From Felis catus (lineage: Eukaryota), in the NCBI RefSeq assembly GCF_018350175.1, contig NC_058368.1, positions 5,642,001-5,706,000 on the forward strand: 64,000 nucleotides of DNA. The letters run 5' to 3'. Made by a program: the position numbers and the translations under genes. Position 1 is the first letter of the stretch, and each line of letters starts with the position of its first letter. Positions 12,700 through 24,899 of the stretch are shown one piece after another. The notes beneath the pieces were generated by a model. It saw only the letters and a list, made by a program, of their open reading frames with translations, searched no databases and was not told the origin of the DNA.

Positions 12700-13726
12700 A
12701 CTCCTTGAGCAGTGAGGACCTCCTCCCGAGCCCCAGGCCCACACTTATGGATTGAATTCGCAGCCGTTTCGACTGGCCCTTTCCTCCTAAATGTCTCCTG
12801 GTCTCTAGGCCTCTCGAAATCAACCTGCCACATTATCGACTAACTTTATGCACCTTGCACACGCATACACACACGCACACACATTGGCACGTGCGTGCGT
12901 GCACCGGAGGTGGGGGGGGGGGGGTGGCCACAGCAGAAATGAAGCTTGTTTTTCCTGCTGTAAATCCTGGCTTGGTTTCAGGTAACTCACACCAGGAACT
13001 CAGCGTCTCCCTCCTGCCCTGTCACCCTCGGCGCGAGTGGTTCTCCGGCAAGGCGGTGTCACCCCTGACGTGGCCTTCTGACTCCCCTTCCTACCAGCCC
13101 CGCCACTTTCCCCCTCAGCCGGAGTGCCGACCTCACCACCGGTCTGGCTGCTGCTTCCCCCTTCCTTCCCTTCATCTCCGCCCTCCCTGCAAGGTGCCTC
13201 CGGTCTCCATCGCTTCCCGCCAACCCCACCCCTACCCGCCCGGCGTGCCTGCTTCCATCCTGGGCCCTCAGAATCTGTTCTCATCCCAGCCACCTGAGTG
13301 ATCCTTTCAGAACCTGAATGGCTCACGTCAGCGTCTACGCAGAAGCCTCCCGGGGCCTCCCGCCTCATTCAGAGTGAGTCCTTGTCGTGGTCCCTAAGGC
13401 CACTCCTGTTACGGCCCTCCTCACACGCTCTTGTCAACCACAGCGGTCTTGTCCCACCACCCAGGCCTCAGGCTGGAGGACCTGCCGGGCCCTTTGCCGA
13501 CAGCCCTCTTGCTCAGAAATTAGTGTCCTGCCTCGTCGTTCTTTGCGTGCTCAATTCTTCCTCATAGCTCTGCCCACCTTCCGGTCTACCACATAAGGTG
13601 CGTGTGTCTTCGATGTGTCTTCCCACACAAAGAAGCTTTGTGAGTCTGCAATTTTGGTTTAGTCCCTGTCGGATTCCCGGCTTAAAATAATAGGAAGTAA
13701 ACAGATAGTTTCAAAATAAATGAATG
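12700..13726 (+). mobile_element. L2 LINE fragments, decayed and GC-shifted
   Basis: cagccacctgagtgatcctttcagaacctgaatggctcacgtc...gcctccc...cattcagagtgagtcc, and a terminal aataaatgaatg. Confidence 0.55.
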
Positions 13727-13856
13727 GGAGTCGTCTGGGGAGCATTTAAAAACACGGTTGTGCAAACTCCACCTCAGACCCAATGAGTCAGCACCTCGGG
13801 GCGTGCGGTTCAGAAGTTGCTCTTTTTCCAAGGTCCCCAGGTTGGGAGCCACTGCG
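13727..13856. mobile_element. MER5-family MITE fragment
   Basis: gagtcgtctggggagcatttaaaaacac...ctccacctcagacccaatgagtcagcacctcgggg...ccccaggttgggagccactg. Confidence 0.6.
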
Positions 13857-14217
13857 GCCGGAGAGCTTTCGGAAGCCGCAGGTGTCCCCAGCTTCAAACC
13901 CTCTTCCACTTTCCATTTTCCTGCTGAGTCGTGCCCAAACTCCTCGAGGTGACAGTCAAGGCCCTGGGCCAGTCAGACCCCTGGGGGACTTTTCAGCCTG
14001 CTTCACTCGCCTCTCGCGCCTTTTCTCTGCTAAAGTGTCATACTCCTCTCGATTTGCCGAATTGCTCGTGGTTAAAGTTTTGATTCAAATGTCAGCGGTT
14101 AAGCATAATTTCCCTCTTTACCCTCATTTCTCCACAACCATCCCAGTGATTGCGGGTCACTTTTATGGCGCATTGTCTGTCGTATCCATGACCTACTCTT
14201 TCGGAATTGGCCTCCTC

Positions 14218-14332
14218 GGGGCACCTGACTGGCTCAGTCAGAAGAACATGATACGCTTGATCTTGGGAGTTCTGAGTTCGAGCCCCATGTTGGGTGTGGA
14301 GATGACTTAAATGAATAAAACTTTAAAAAAAA
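14218..14332 (+). mobile_element. Short older Can-SINE
   Basis: ggggcacctgactggctcagtcag...gagttcgagccccatgttgggtgtggagatgacttaaa. TSD gaattggcctcctc / gaattggacgactc. Confidence 0.9.
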
Positions 14333-16590
14333 GAATTGGACGACTCCCCATTAGGCTCTAAATTACTACAAGATGACAGCGACTTCCTTTGCTTGGTCCT
14401 CAACATCTAGCAAACTGTTAGACACAGTTCTTCCCGTGCACCCGAACAGAAATTATCTTAATGATGTGAGATACCTTCACTGGGTTTTCTTGAGCATTGA
14501 GCACTAGGCATCTGCACGGATATGTACACACAGGCACGGCTAAGCAGATGTGCGTGAGGCCAGCCCTGGGCCCTCGGTCCCCTTCTGCTATTGCCAATCG
14601 TCCGCCTTCTCGTGCTCCCAGTTTTGATGTCTTAACTACCGTGTCTCTCGGCAGGCCACCTCCTTAGGCACTTAAAGAAACGGTTTTAAAGGAAGGTTTC
14701 CTCGTGTGATCCCTTGTGCGCTCGTTTCTAAACAGACAGGATTTTTCTCTTCCTCTCCAGATTCAGCCTCTCTTCCTGTTTTCTGATTCTGTCTTCCATC
14801 ACTGCTTGGTGGACCTTGATTCCGCTTTCATTCCCGTTCACGCTCTCGCTCTCATCTCTGTCGCTCCCCTGTCTCTGTCTCTCTCGCCTCCCGTCTTTTA
14901 ATATTTTGGTCTCTCCTATCATTTGAAAAGTGACAACAGCGGAGTAAAAAGTCCGGCCGTCCCTCTGCTGACCCCCGCCTGCTGTGTCTCCCTTCTGTCG
15001 CTTCGCTCTCCTCTGCTGGCGAATTGGGGGGGTCACCAGCTGCCGCGGGACCCCGGACCCTGTGCCCGTGCCCACCCTGGTCCTCCTCTGCCTGCTGGCG
15101 CGAAGCGTCAGCCTCTGGCCGTCTGCTTCCCTGAAGGGCACTTGAGAGGCTCCTGTGAGACGGTGCTGCCCCGGGTCCCCTTTCTGCCCCTTCCATCTCA
15201 TCCCCTCTCCCCGCCCGCCCGCATAGCCCTGCCCGGCTGCTGCACCGTGAATGACAAAAGTGGCAAGAAAGTCTGGGGCCCAGTAAACCTCATTCAACGC
15301 TCCCGTGTCTGGTTCCCAAGTCTGGGTCCTTTTGTCTTTGTTCTTCGCTGCCACCCCTCAGGAAAACCTGTCTCTGAAAAGGGGCCGGTCACCTCCGCCC
15401 TCTGTCCCTTCCAGCTGCCCGCCTGACGTGCTGTGTCCTGACCTTCACCCTTGCAAGTCTAAACCTTATCTTCTCTCTCCCTCACCCCCTTTCAGATAGA
15501 TTTTCCCTAATTTCTCTGCTCCTGTCTTTCTTCTTCCGGCCCGTGTCCCGAGCCTCTGATCATCTCACGGGCCCCCTCCTCTATCTGCCCTTCACAGTTG
15601 ATCAGTCTCCGCACCTCCTTGCCTCTCCTCCCCTCCCCCCACCGTCACCTTCGTATCCTTTATTGCTTCGGGTCTTCCCGCCTTCAGTCTCTCCTAGGAG
15701 GGTGCACACAACGGACAACCGTGCCCAAGGTCCCACTGTCACTCAGCCGCAGGGATTCTGGTAACGCCACCCAGATCTGGGCTCTCCGCAGCCTGTCCCA
15801 CTTTGCGGATTCCCCGGCACCCCACTGGGGTCCTTTCTGCACTCTCATGAATGCCTCTCTTCTTCGCTGATGAAATGCTCTGCCCTCTTCTCCTCGCCTC
15901 CCCAGAGCTGCCCTTTCTTCACATTCTTGTTCCCTTGGGAGTACTCCCTCCCCAGGTTTTTGCTTCTTCTCCTTCAATACTGAGATGACAAAACGAGAGC
16001 CTTAGGACAGGTTCTCTGCCGTGAGCGGACAGGCCTGTGCGCTTCCCTGACTAGGCCTCAGAACTTGGTCTGTTCCTCCCACAGTGCCCTTAATAAACAT
16101 GTTTTGTTGACGAGCCGTCAAAACAGGGTAGAGAACACTCAGAGAACTGGTATACAGCTGCATTCCAACAAATGATAACTTTGAAGAGGAAGTAAACTAA
16201 AATCAAACTCCCAGCCTGACGACCATTTACGATCACTTGGAATCTTGGCCACCTCGGTGGGTTTCTCCATGATGGAGGTCTTAGATTTCCCTCTCTTGTT
16301 TTCCTTATCTGTGCAGTAGAAGGGCCTACTGACTCAAGCGTTCAACAGTCACTTCAGGATACCTACGATGGGGATGTGTGGATGTCTTTCAGCTGCGCAA
16401 TAGCAAATGACATTTTCTGAAGACAGAGACCTTATCGACTAGCAGGCCTCTCAGGGATTTTTTTTTTTTTTCCAATTTTCTTTTTGCCATCACAGTCTTT
16501 CTTTATACACCCACCCCGTTTGTATGGTCCTAACTTCTAATCTAAGTCTAGGCCCCCATGCTTTCAACTATCGAATGTCATACTATGCTC

Positions 16591-16658
16591 TTTTTTTTTT
16601 TTATTTCATTTGAGAAAGGGAGCAGACACGTGAGTATGGGGTGGGCGCAGAGAGAGGG

Positions 16659-16704
<46 letters not shown>

Positions 16705-16828
16705 CCTAAGCAGTCTCCACGCTCAGCATGGAGCCCAATGTGGGGTTCGACCCCAAAACCCTGGGATCGCGCCCTGAGCTGAAATCAAGAGTTGGACACT
16801 GAACCAACTGAGCCACCCAGGCAGCCCC
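16591..16828 (-). mobile_element. Can-SINE with expanded (GA)n
   Basis: Ends aactgagccacccaggcagcccc. (GA)n at about 16661-16702. Degenerate TSD tcatactatgctctt / tcataccacactctt. Confidence 0.92.
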
Positions 16829-18016
16829 ATCATACCACACTCTTAAACAAGCCCAGTAGAATATGGAGTCCGTAGAGATTCTGTCTGAGTTCTGGGATGG
16901 ACCAAAGCATGAAATGCCAGAGCCGGCTCTTCATCTAGAAGCTGAGGTCTTCTAGGTTCTTCCCGGGAGTGACACAGTCCTACTGCATTGCTTTTTTTTT
17001 TTTTTTTTTTTATTCTAAGACCTTTTATCCTAAGACCTATTCTATATCCTTGGCAGATTTATTCAGATGAAGGTTCTGTGATAACACATCAACTCTGTGG
17101 TCTAGTACCTCACCTGTCAAACTCTTGTAATTAAAATAACTTGTATACATACTGTGACTTGAGATCAAGCTTAGAATCTCATTTAGAGATAACGCTTTAA
17201 CGCCTGATGGTTTCCTCCCGAGATAACACCATATTTGCTCCCATGTCTGTTCCGGCAGATCTTTTAGTGGAATGGTTTCAGTAACGTCTGGAAGTCACCA
17301 ATTACGATGTGCTTGCAGCCTGTGCAACTGGATTCTGTGCATGCTGGGCTGTGGTAACAGTGACTTAGTTTCAGCATGTTGCGCATAGTTTCGCTCATCG
17401 GGTTGTCGTGTCCAGGCCCGCACTTGGACACTTTTTCATCTTTGCAACCTGTCTCCCGAGGAAGTAACGAAGCGGTGACTGGCCTCCCTGTTCAGAACAG
17501 ACGAGGGTGTCCCTGAGGCCTCCAGTCCCCCTAGGTGTCTTGTAACAGCATTCCACAACAGCTGTTCTGTTTTAAGGCTCAGTGCCCTCAACAAATTCCA
17601 GACGCCCCACGGCTGCGGCAGTTGCTCAATGGTGACTTCAGGGTTCACTTGGTTCAGGCCTCAAGGGGACGGAGTCAAAGCTGACATGACTTACTGTTCA
17701 GGCAACAGTTTCCAAAGAGAGAAAACATTTCAGATGCCAACTAACCGCTGCTTTCTTCCAAAGAAGAGGACTTTGGAGGAACGGCTCTTTCAGGCAGTCG
17801 TGATCCTGGTTCCATTTGCTTGGACGGCATTTTAGTTTCCCGGCCCTTTCATACTGGGGACGCTTGACCCAACGGTTTTGATTTTTTGCGTGTGATACTT
17901 TTAAATAACAAGTCCGTAAAGTAGAAAATACTATTTGGATGATAAGAGGAGCAAACAGTGTTAAGGATTATTTTAAAAACTATCTCGTTCATGGCTTGCC
18001 TTGAACTTTGAGGATG

Positions 18017-18083
18017 TTTGTTTATCTGTATTTAATACAGTAATTTGTTTATCTGTATTTAATACAGTAATATCTGTATTTAA
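18017..18083. repeat. 27-bp tandem repeat (2 exact copies plus a partial copy)
   Basis: tttgtttatctgtatttaatacagtaa at 18017-18043 and 18044-18070, then tatctgtatttaa. Confidence 0.9.
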
Positions 18084-18096
18084 ATCTGATTCATTT

Positions 18097-18223
18097 GGGG
18101 CGCTTGGGTGGCTCAGTCAGTTAAACGTCCAACTCTTGATTTCAGCTCAGGTCGTGATCTCACGGTTTGTGAGTTTGAGCCCTGCATCAGGCTCTGTGCT
18201 GTCAGCTGGAGACTACTTGGGAT

Positions 18224-18266
<43 letters not shown>

Positions 18267-18291
18267 AACAGGTAACTAAACATTAAAAAAA
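18097..18291 (+). mobile_element. Can-SINE with (CT)n
   Basis: Canonical head. TSD taaatctgattcattt (18081-18096) / taaatctgacacattt (18292-18307). Confidence 0.93.
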
Positions 18292-18509
18292 TAAATCTGA
18301 CACATTTTAGCTGAGTATGAAAGCTTTGCAGATATACTTTGAAGTTGTTGACTTATTTCTTATAATTTGTTTAGTTTATTAAAAAGAAAATTCTGAGTAA
18401 ACATCAGTGTTATTATAGTTATAATTAAATTATTCCAGGTAATAGTTTCACAAGCTTAATGACATGTGTTCCCAGAATAATGCAGCTAATAAAAACTATA
18501 ATTATGACT

Positions 18510-19470
18510 AACCACATCATACTTTATATTCTAATCATTTTAACCATTTTTAAGTGTACAATACAGTATATTGATAATGTTGTACAACTATCACCACGAC
18601 CCACTTCCAGAATTTTTTTTTATCATCCCAGTCAAAACCTCTGAAAAAATTCCTTATTCTCTCTTGTCCCCAGCTCCTATGATACTTTCCCTAAGAATTT
18701 GCCTAGACGAGGCACCTCATATGTAAGGTGGAATTCTACAATATCGGCCCTTTGTGTCTAGCTGGTTACACTTAGCATGATGTATCCAAGGCTCATCCGT
18801 GTTGTGGCACATGTCAGGATTTCCTTCCTTTTTAAGGTCGAATAACATGACTCCACTGAATGTTTCGTAGAAGAAGAACTCTTGCTTGACCCTCCTAGGG
18901 TCCCCTGCCCGAGTCCGCTAATTAAGCTGACAGATTAACAGGAGAGAAGCATACAAACGTATTTATGTAACTTTTATGTCACATGGGAACCGTCGTAAGG
19001 ACATAAAGGCCCAAAGAAATGGTTAAACCCGAATGGTTCTACACCAGGTTTGGTGAAGAGTGGAAAGTCATGGAAAGTTATGATAGGGCGCAGGGTCTGA
19101 GCTAAGTGTAAGAAACTGGGGGGCATTTAGCGAGGTCTGTTGTCTGGATTCTTTGCAGTGGGTCCACGAGTGGAGGGAGGAGACCCCTTACCGGAGAGTC
19201 TTAGGAACTGCTTCAGGGGAGAAGGGGGAGAACAGGTCAGAAAGAACCTCTCTTCTGCCATTTTCTCAAACGCCTTCAGCTTAAAATTAATGTGCCTGGG
19301 TGCCATATTTCCAGGCAGCACGTCTTAAACCCTGCCACGGTATACTGCATTGTGTTTCTTAATTCATCCGTGGATGAACATTTGTGTTGTTGTTTCCACT
19401 TTTTGGCCATTGGGAACAATACTGCTGTGGACATTGGTGCGCAGGTTTCTGTTTTAGCGTCGATCTCTCT
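18510..19470 (-). mobile_element. Old L1 (L1MB-like) 3' end, split by an LTR
   Basis: taaccatttttaagtgtacaa...cacttagcatgatgtatccaaggctcatccgtgttg up to about 18862; resumes at 19340 with attcatccgtggatgaacattt...gctgtggacattggtgcgcagg. Confidence 0.8.
18866..19339 (-). mobile_element. Solo LTR, MER34-like (ERV1 class)
   Basis: End ttctcaaacgccttcagcttaaaattaatgtgcc...gccatattt matches the reverse complement of the recalled MER34 start. gacagattaacaggagagaagcatacaa lies near the other end. Interrupts a continuous L1. Confidence 0.7.
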
Positions 19471-20369
19471 TGCAATGTGCCTTCCTCTTTCCCTTGTGAT
19501 AGGAAACACGAAATGTTTCTTCCAAAAGTGGTCCAGGCCTGGCTTGTTTTGTTCTTCCCAAATGAAACAATCATTCAGTGGGTATAAGCTGTTGGGAGGT
19601 TTAGGCTGACTAGAGAATTGTGTCTTCGTGTCTCATTGTAAACACCATCTTAAGGTAACCACAGGGCCATTCACAGAACCCTGGAATGATTAAGTAAATA
19701 TGAAAAGAAGACTAATTATCCCCCTTAGATAAGGCTGGGAGATTTGTGCAGAGAGGTGTTTATGTCAGTGCGGTGTCTTGCTTGTGGACAAAAGATTCCC
19801 CTGTTTTCTAGGAAGTTTGCCTCCCAGACCCGGTCAGTCATGAATCTTCCTGGGGCCGTAGCCCCTTGAATCGCTGTGTCCAGGCTGTGGTGCTCCAGGC
19901 CAGGTGGTCCCCCGGGACAGCGTGCCCTGGGCTCCTGAGATTTATGCAGAACCAGTTGAAGCCCAAATATCTATCACATTCCTAGCCACCTGTGTGAGCC
20001 TAGCCCGAGTTAGGCGGAAGGCAGTAGATGGTGTTAACCAGACTCAGACTTTTTTTCCCCCCTCTTAATTCCTGTGTGTGAAAAACAGGAGCAAAATGTG
20101 TCTTCTGTATTTAGCTTGTGCTTAGATCTGTATTGGGGCCTGATGCATGTGTTTCTGTTGTTGTCCTTCCAGTTACTTAGGAAAACAAACTGTTTTGCTC
20201 GCAAGGTTGAATGAAGGTGGTGGTCTTTGCTCAGTATCGTGGAATATTAATACATTAACAACAACTGAGCTTATAATAAAGAACGGTGACCTTTCAAATG
20301 ATCTGAACTGTCTGCTGTATGTCACATTTTACCTTTTTAGAGAAGTGCTAATTCATGTTAAGTCCGCCT

Positions 20370-20900
20370 GAGAGATTTGTTTAATGAGCAGATTAAACAT
20401 GAGGGATGATTATCCCTCTCTTCAATTTTTTTTTTTTTTTTTTTTAAAGGAAGGGCTTCTTGTGATGGCCCTCTGCTATTTGGCACAGGAACACAGAGGG
20501 GTCTTTTTAAAATTACCCCTGCAGGGTCACTGGGACCCAAGCTGTTTGCTTCATTAAACCCCGGTGGCTTCCTTAGAGCCAGCACCCCCCCCCCAAACAG
20601 CCCTGACACAATTGTATCTAAATTAGCATCTGACTGCCTCCCCCCAACCCTTCCCTCCCTTTTTAAGCTCCAGCTGACAGGGATTGGCCAAGATGTTAAT
20701 TGGTTGGGCCTGGCTCAGAACAATGGCCTTGCCAAGACGACAAAAGGACTAATGTTTCTTTCAATATGCACCCAGATTCACATTAAGTACCTCTTTTAAT
20801 TACCAGGAATTATTGTAATGCCTGGTCAATGGAATAATTGACCCTCAACAGCCAGCGCTGCCGCGCACTAAATAATGGCACCGGCCTCGTCAGAGTAGCA
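20370..20900. promoter_or_regulatory. Candidate conserved enhancer
   Basis: Repeat-free. TTGGCA 20480, CAGCTGACAG 20671, TTGGCCAA 20684, TAATTGG 20697, AACAATGG 20719 and several TAAT cores. Function is inferred. Confidence 0.4.
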
Positions 20901-21514
20901 GGTACGAGGGTGATTTGGAGGGACTGAAAGAGAGATTTTCTCAGCCAGCACTCTGGGAAGTTCCAAGGCAGCCCAGTGGGAGCCCCAGAGAGGGGACTCA
21001 TTTGGGCTTACCCAGGAGGAAATATGCTGAGAGCCATTAGGATTTTATCCTCCGCATCCTAAAGGGGTGCGTGCGTAAAGGAATGAGTCAGGAGTGTGAA
21101 AGAAATTAGTCGCTGGCTTGGCAGTTTAGGACTCATGTGGTCAGCGAGGGGCCCCAGCGCAGGTGGAAGTGTTCCAAACTTCCTCTACCCAGGAAGGTTC
21201 CTTTCCAGCCCACACCGCAGTTCCGCCCTCCCTTTTTAAAAAGGGACATTTTGATTTCAAATGTGGGGTCAAATGAATCCCCAAACTTGGTGTCATCTCA
21301 CTCTCTATTATCACAATTCGTTAGATACCTTACAAATCATTATCACAAATCATTAGATATCTCACAAGTAATTTTGTGCCGTATTGAGGTTCGCAGAGAA
21401 TGTGTTTTTAAAAAATTGACTGTGTCCGGATGGGATCGAACAGCATAGTATACGCTACCTGGTAGAATCCTTACTTTGCGGTTGATGTCCTAATTCTAAG
21501 CAAGGTTAGATTTT

Positions 21515-21699
21515 TAATTTTTTTGAGGGCTCTCAAGTGCATACACACAGGGGAGGGGGAGCAGAGAGAGAGAGAGAAAGAGAATATCTTAAGCAGGCTC
21601 CACGCTCAGCGAGGAACCCGACTCAGGGCTCAATCCCATGACCCCGGGATCATGACCTGAGCAGAAATCTAGAGTCGGACTGAGCCACCCAGGAGCCCC
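21515..21699 (-). mobile_element. Can-SINE
   Basis: Ends gactgagccacccaggagcccc. TSD caaggttagatttt at 21501-21514 and 21699-21712. Confidence 0.93.
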
Positions 21700-23029
21700 A
21701 AGGTTAGATTTTAAACTACCATCCCCCGATCCCCATTATAATGTCCACCTATCCACCGACGTTACCTTGTGTTGGGCGTTTCGCATGGAGCTTTTACTGA
21801 GTGATCGGAACCACTCAGTCTAAGTAGTAGTGTTTGTGAGGCTGCTGAAATGTCATAGCTGGGCACTGTCACCGTTGAGGTCAGTCAGAACTGAGTCCTA
21901 ATCTTAACCGAGCTGCAGTCAACCAACGTGACCTTTAAATAAGATGCTAAAATGCCCAAACTTAAGTTTCATCCATCGTTTTATTCAATATAGCACCAGG
22001 TAAAGAGTAGCACCCGCTGTGGTGCCTATTATAATTATTGTCCCCAAGACTGCATAGCCAGGAAACGATGGAGGTACAATCTGTACTGACTGTTTTTTGA
22101 CTCCTGAAGCTTGTGCCTTTCCAGGATGCCCTATCACCGATCCATCCCTAGAGTTTAAGAGAAAATATGAATATGCTTCAAAAATGGTGAAAAATAAAAC
22201 AGCAGTGCTTGCTTTCATCTTTAAAAACAGTAGATGAGAAAAAAAAATGTCAAATATAACGGAAAGTTTCACAAATGCATTGTGATCTTGGCCAGGAAAT
22301 TATTTTCCGTACATAACACTAGAAATTCATTTACCTCTAGCAGGTTTCAATCGGGGAAAGGAAAACATTCGAGTATTCACTGCTGGTTCTCAAGATAGCT
22401 GTGTCTTTCCCACGAAGGAAAGTTACAATGTCCAAAGAGATTGTCCGGGCACGTGCTGACACCCGAACTTGGCAGAAAGGATCGTTTAAGTTCAAATGCC
22501 TCAATTAGAGGTTGATTTTTGTATTTGTTTGGATGTTTGATCTGGTGAGTAGGTTCACTTTTTAAGAAGTAAGTTCTCTTAGGTTCCGTGGATAAATATA
22601 AAAAATGACTAAACAAAACACCACCACCACCAACAACAACAGCATCTGCATTTCTTGCAGTGACGTGAGTTAGGGCTCTGATGTAGACTGCCAAGTCTTT
22701 CGGAACTTCTTGAGAAGCTTCGGTTTTTATCATGGAGAGTGGACTCTTGGGTGGGAAACATTCTTATTGGTCAGCAAAAGCCAAAGTTCTGGTCCAGCTT
22801 TACTGTTCCCTAGTTCTGAGTCCTTGGGCAGTTTAACTGTAAAAGAATAGAAGATGACCTCCTACAACTCAACAAGTCAACCTGTAAAATAACCATCCCA
22901 ACACCGACTGAGAGACGTCGCAGTCATGATCTCGCTTGATATCTGTGCTCTTATATGTTCACGGCCACCTTCTACTTCCTAAAACTTCTCTCTTAACACC
23001 CAAATTATTTCCCTTGCCTAAGTTCCTAT

Positions 23030-23990
23030 CCGTGTCTTTCCACCTCCTTGCTGGTTCTTCTTTTCCTTTCTGGCCATCACGTGTGGTGTCCCTCAGAGTT
23101 CAGTTGAGTCCTTCGCTAACTTGTTATCACTTCCTGTGGCCACCTCGTCCATCGCCATGCCCCGACCAAATAGAAATATTTACGCTGCAGATATAAATCC
23201 CTAACCCTCACCTCTTCCTGAGTACCAGACTCACATTTCTAAGACCCTCTTCACATTCCCCACCCCAACACTCAACATACTCAAAATTCAGACTCATTGC
23301 CTATAACCTATGGGCTTAACGCATCATTGTTCATTTCTGTGCTTCGACACGGTACGTGGGATTTTTCTTACACTCTCGCTACTCCCTGACCTACAAATCC
23401 ATCTTTTCCTAATCCTGTCCTTCTCTTCGTCAATATGTCTGGCAAATCCGCTTCTCTCCGTGTTCTCAACTGCCGTCACGATGGTTGTGATGTCATCACC
23501 TTCTGTTCGACTCTAGAAGCTACTGTGGATGATCTCCATGTCATAACCTCCTTCACTCCAGGCTTTACGCCCGAGTGCAAACTTGTGGCTGCTTAGAGAC
23601 TTGTTAAGGGCCCCGCTTCCCTACCGAGTGATCTCAAACTCCTTGGAAGGGCTTTCAGGAGCCTCACAATGGAGCCTTTCTGTACCGTTTGCTACCTCTT
23701 TTTTTCTCACTACACCCTGTGCAGAAACATGCAGCATATTTCCAAGCTTCTGGTTATGCTGTTCCCCCTATGGAATGCCCTCCTTCCTCCTCCCTCGACT
23801 GTTAAGATTTCGCTCACGTTTCAAGGACCAAACCCTTATCATTTGTCAGTGTTCCATCATGATAGGGATTTCTACCTACGTGAAGTTTTCTCCAGACTTC
23901 CAGGAAAATTCATTTCTTTCTTCATCCCTGCCCACAGCTCATGGTCATTTTTGCTGGAAGAACATCTGTTCTGCTTTGTTAGCATCAAGG
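23030..23990 (+). mobile_element. L2 LINE fragments
   Basis: cctcttcctgagtaccagactcacatttc...caacactcaacatactcaaaattcagactc...gctgttcccccta-tggaatgccctcc. Confidence 0.6.
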
Positions 23991-23994
23991 GATT

Positions 23995-24430
23995 GTATAT
24001 CCGAGTCTAACCAGGAATCCAGAAGCCAGGCTAATTATTTAAAATCGCGTGTTTTAATTCAAAGAATTGGTTGCAGAGGCAATACAAGGTCTGAGAGAGA
24101 ACGTGGAGGTGAACCCCTGCAGAAAGTGCCCCCCGCCCTAGGCTGCAAGGCCAAAGGGAATACACGGTAGTATGGGCCTAGTAGCTGGGTCACCCTGCGG
24201 GAGTGGTCTGTCCCGGCAGGAGCAAGATCCCCAGGGGAAGCGGGGCCGCTTCTGGAGACCTGCAGGCAGAGGGGAGAGATCCTGGCTTCTGCCTTCTCAC
24301 CCTCTAATCTCTTGCCAGAAGCTCTCCTGGCAGAGCCCAGTTGGGGCCCCCCGGAGCACGCAGCCTGCAGGGGTCAGGCCGGTGAGACAGAGCAGAGCAG
24401 GGATTTGAGCGCAGCAGAGACCCAGCACTG
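23995..24430. mobile_element. Probable old ERVL/MaLR-class LTR inserted in L2
   Basis: tgtatatccgagtctaaccaggaatccagaagccaggctaattatttaaa...tttaattcaaagaattggttgcag...ccctctaatctcttgccag resembles antisense ERVL-type LTRs. Family uncertain. Confidence 0.45.
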
Positions 24431-24899
24431 GCATGGGTTACGTCCGTCTCCGGAACATATTTAGAGGGGCTTAAAAACAGGGACTTCATCTGACGTGCTT
24501 TTGTAACCGTACTGCCCAGCACCAAGAAGGTTTCATAAATATTTAGTGAATCGAAATGAGCTCTAAAGTTTCCTTCCAAGCCTAAAATCATGCTTTCGCT
24601 CCCCGTGCATTGCCTCCATTTATCATAACCTTGAAACAAAAACATGAAACATCTCCATGAAATTTTTTCTTTATCACATCGCCGATTTGTGCGTATTTAC
24701 TTAAACCCCGGCTTCAGTTCAGTCTTCGACCCTGTTCCTTTATTACCCTCGAGCCGGTGCTATTTATCAGCTCGGGGTCGGTTTTGAAACCTTTTCCACC
24801 AACTGGGAGTCAGATTAAAATACAGGAAGGGAAGTGGAGACATTGATTTGAGAAATGCTAACAATGTGAGGGGGGAAAAAGGGGAACAGAAAGCGTTGT

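Noticed and set aside
14218..14332. tRNA gene
   Set aside because: The A/B boxes belong to a tRNA-derived SINE with an A tail and TSD
14728..15426. Overlapping ORFs of 114-208 aa
   Set aside because: GC-rich, probably decayed L2-like sequence with few stops; no recognisable protein
18017..18083. CRISPR-like palindromic direct repeats
   Set aside because: No spacers, no cas genes, and a mammalian context
23583..24170. 195-aa ORF
   Set aside because: Spans L2 and LTR remnants; no protein similarity that I recognise
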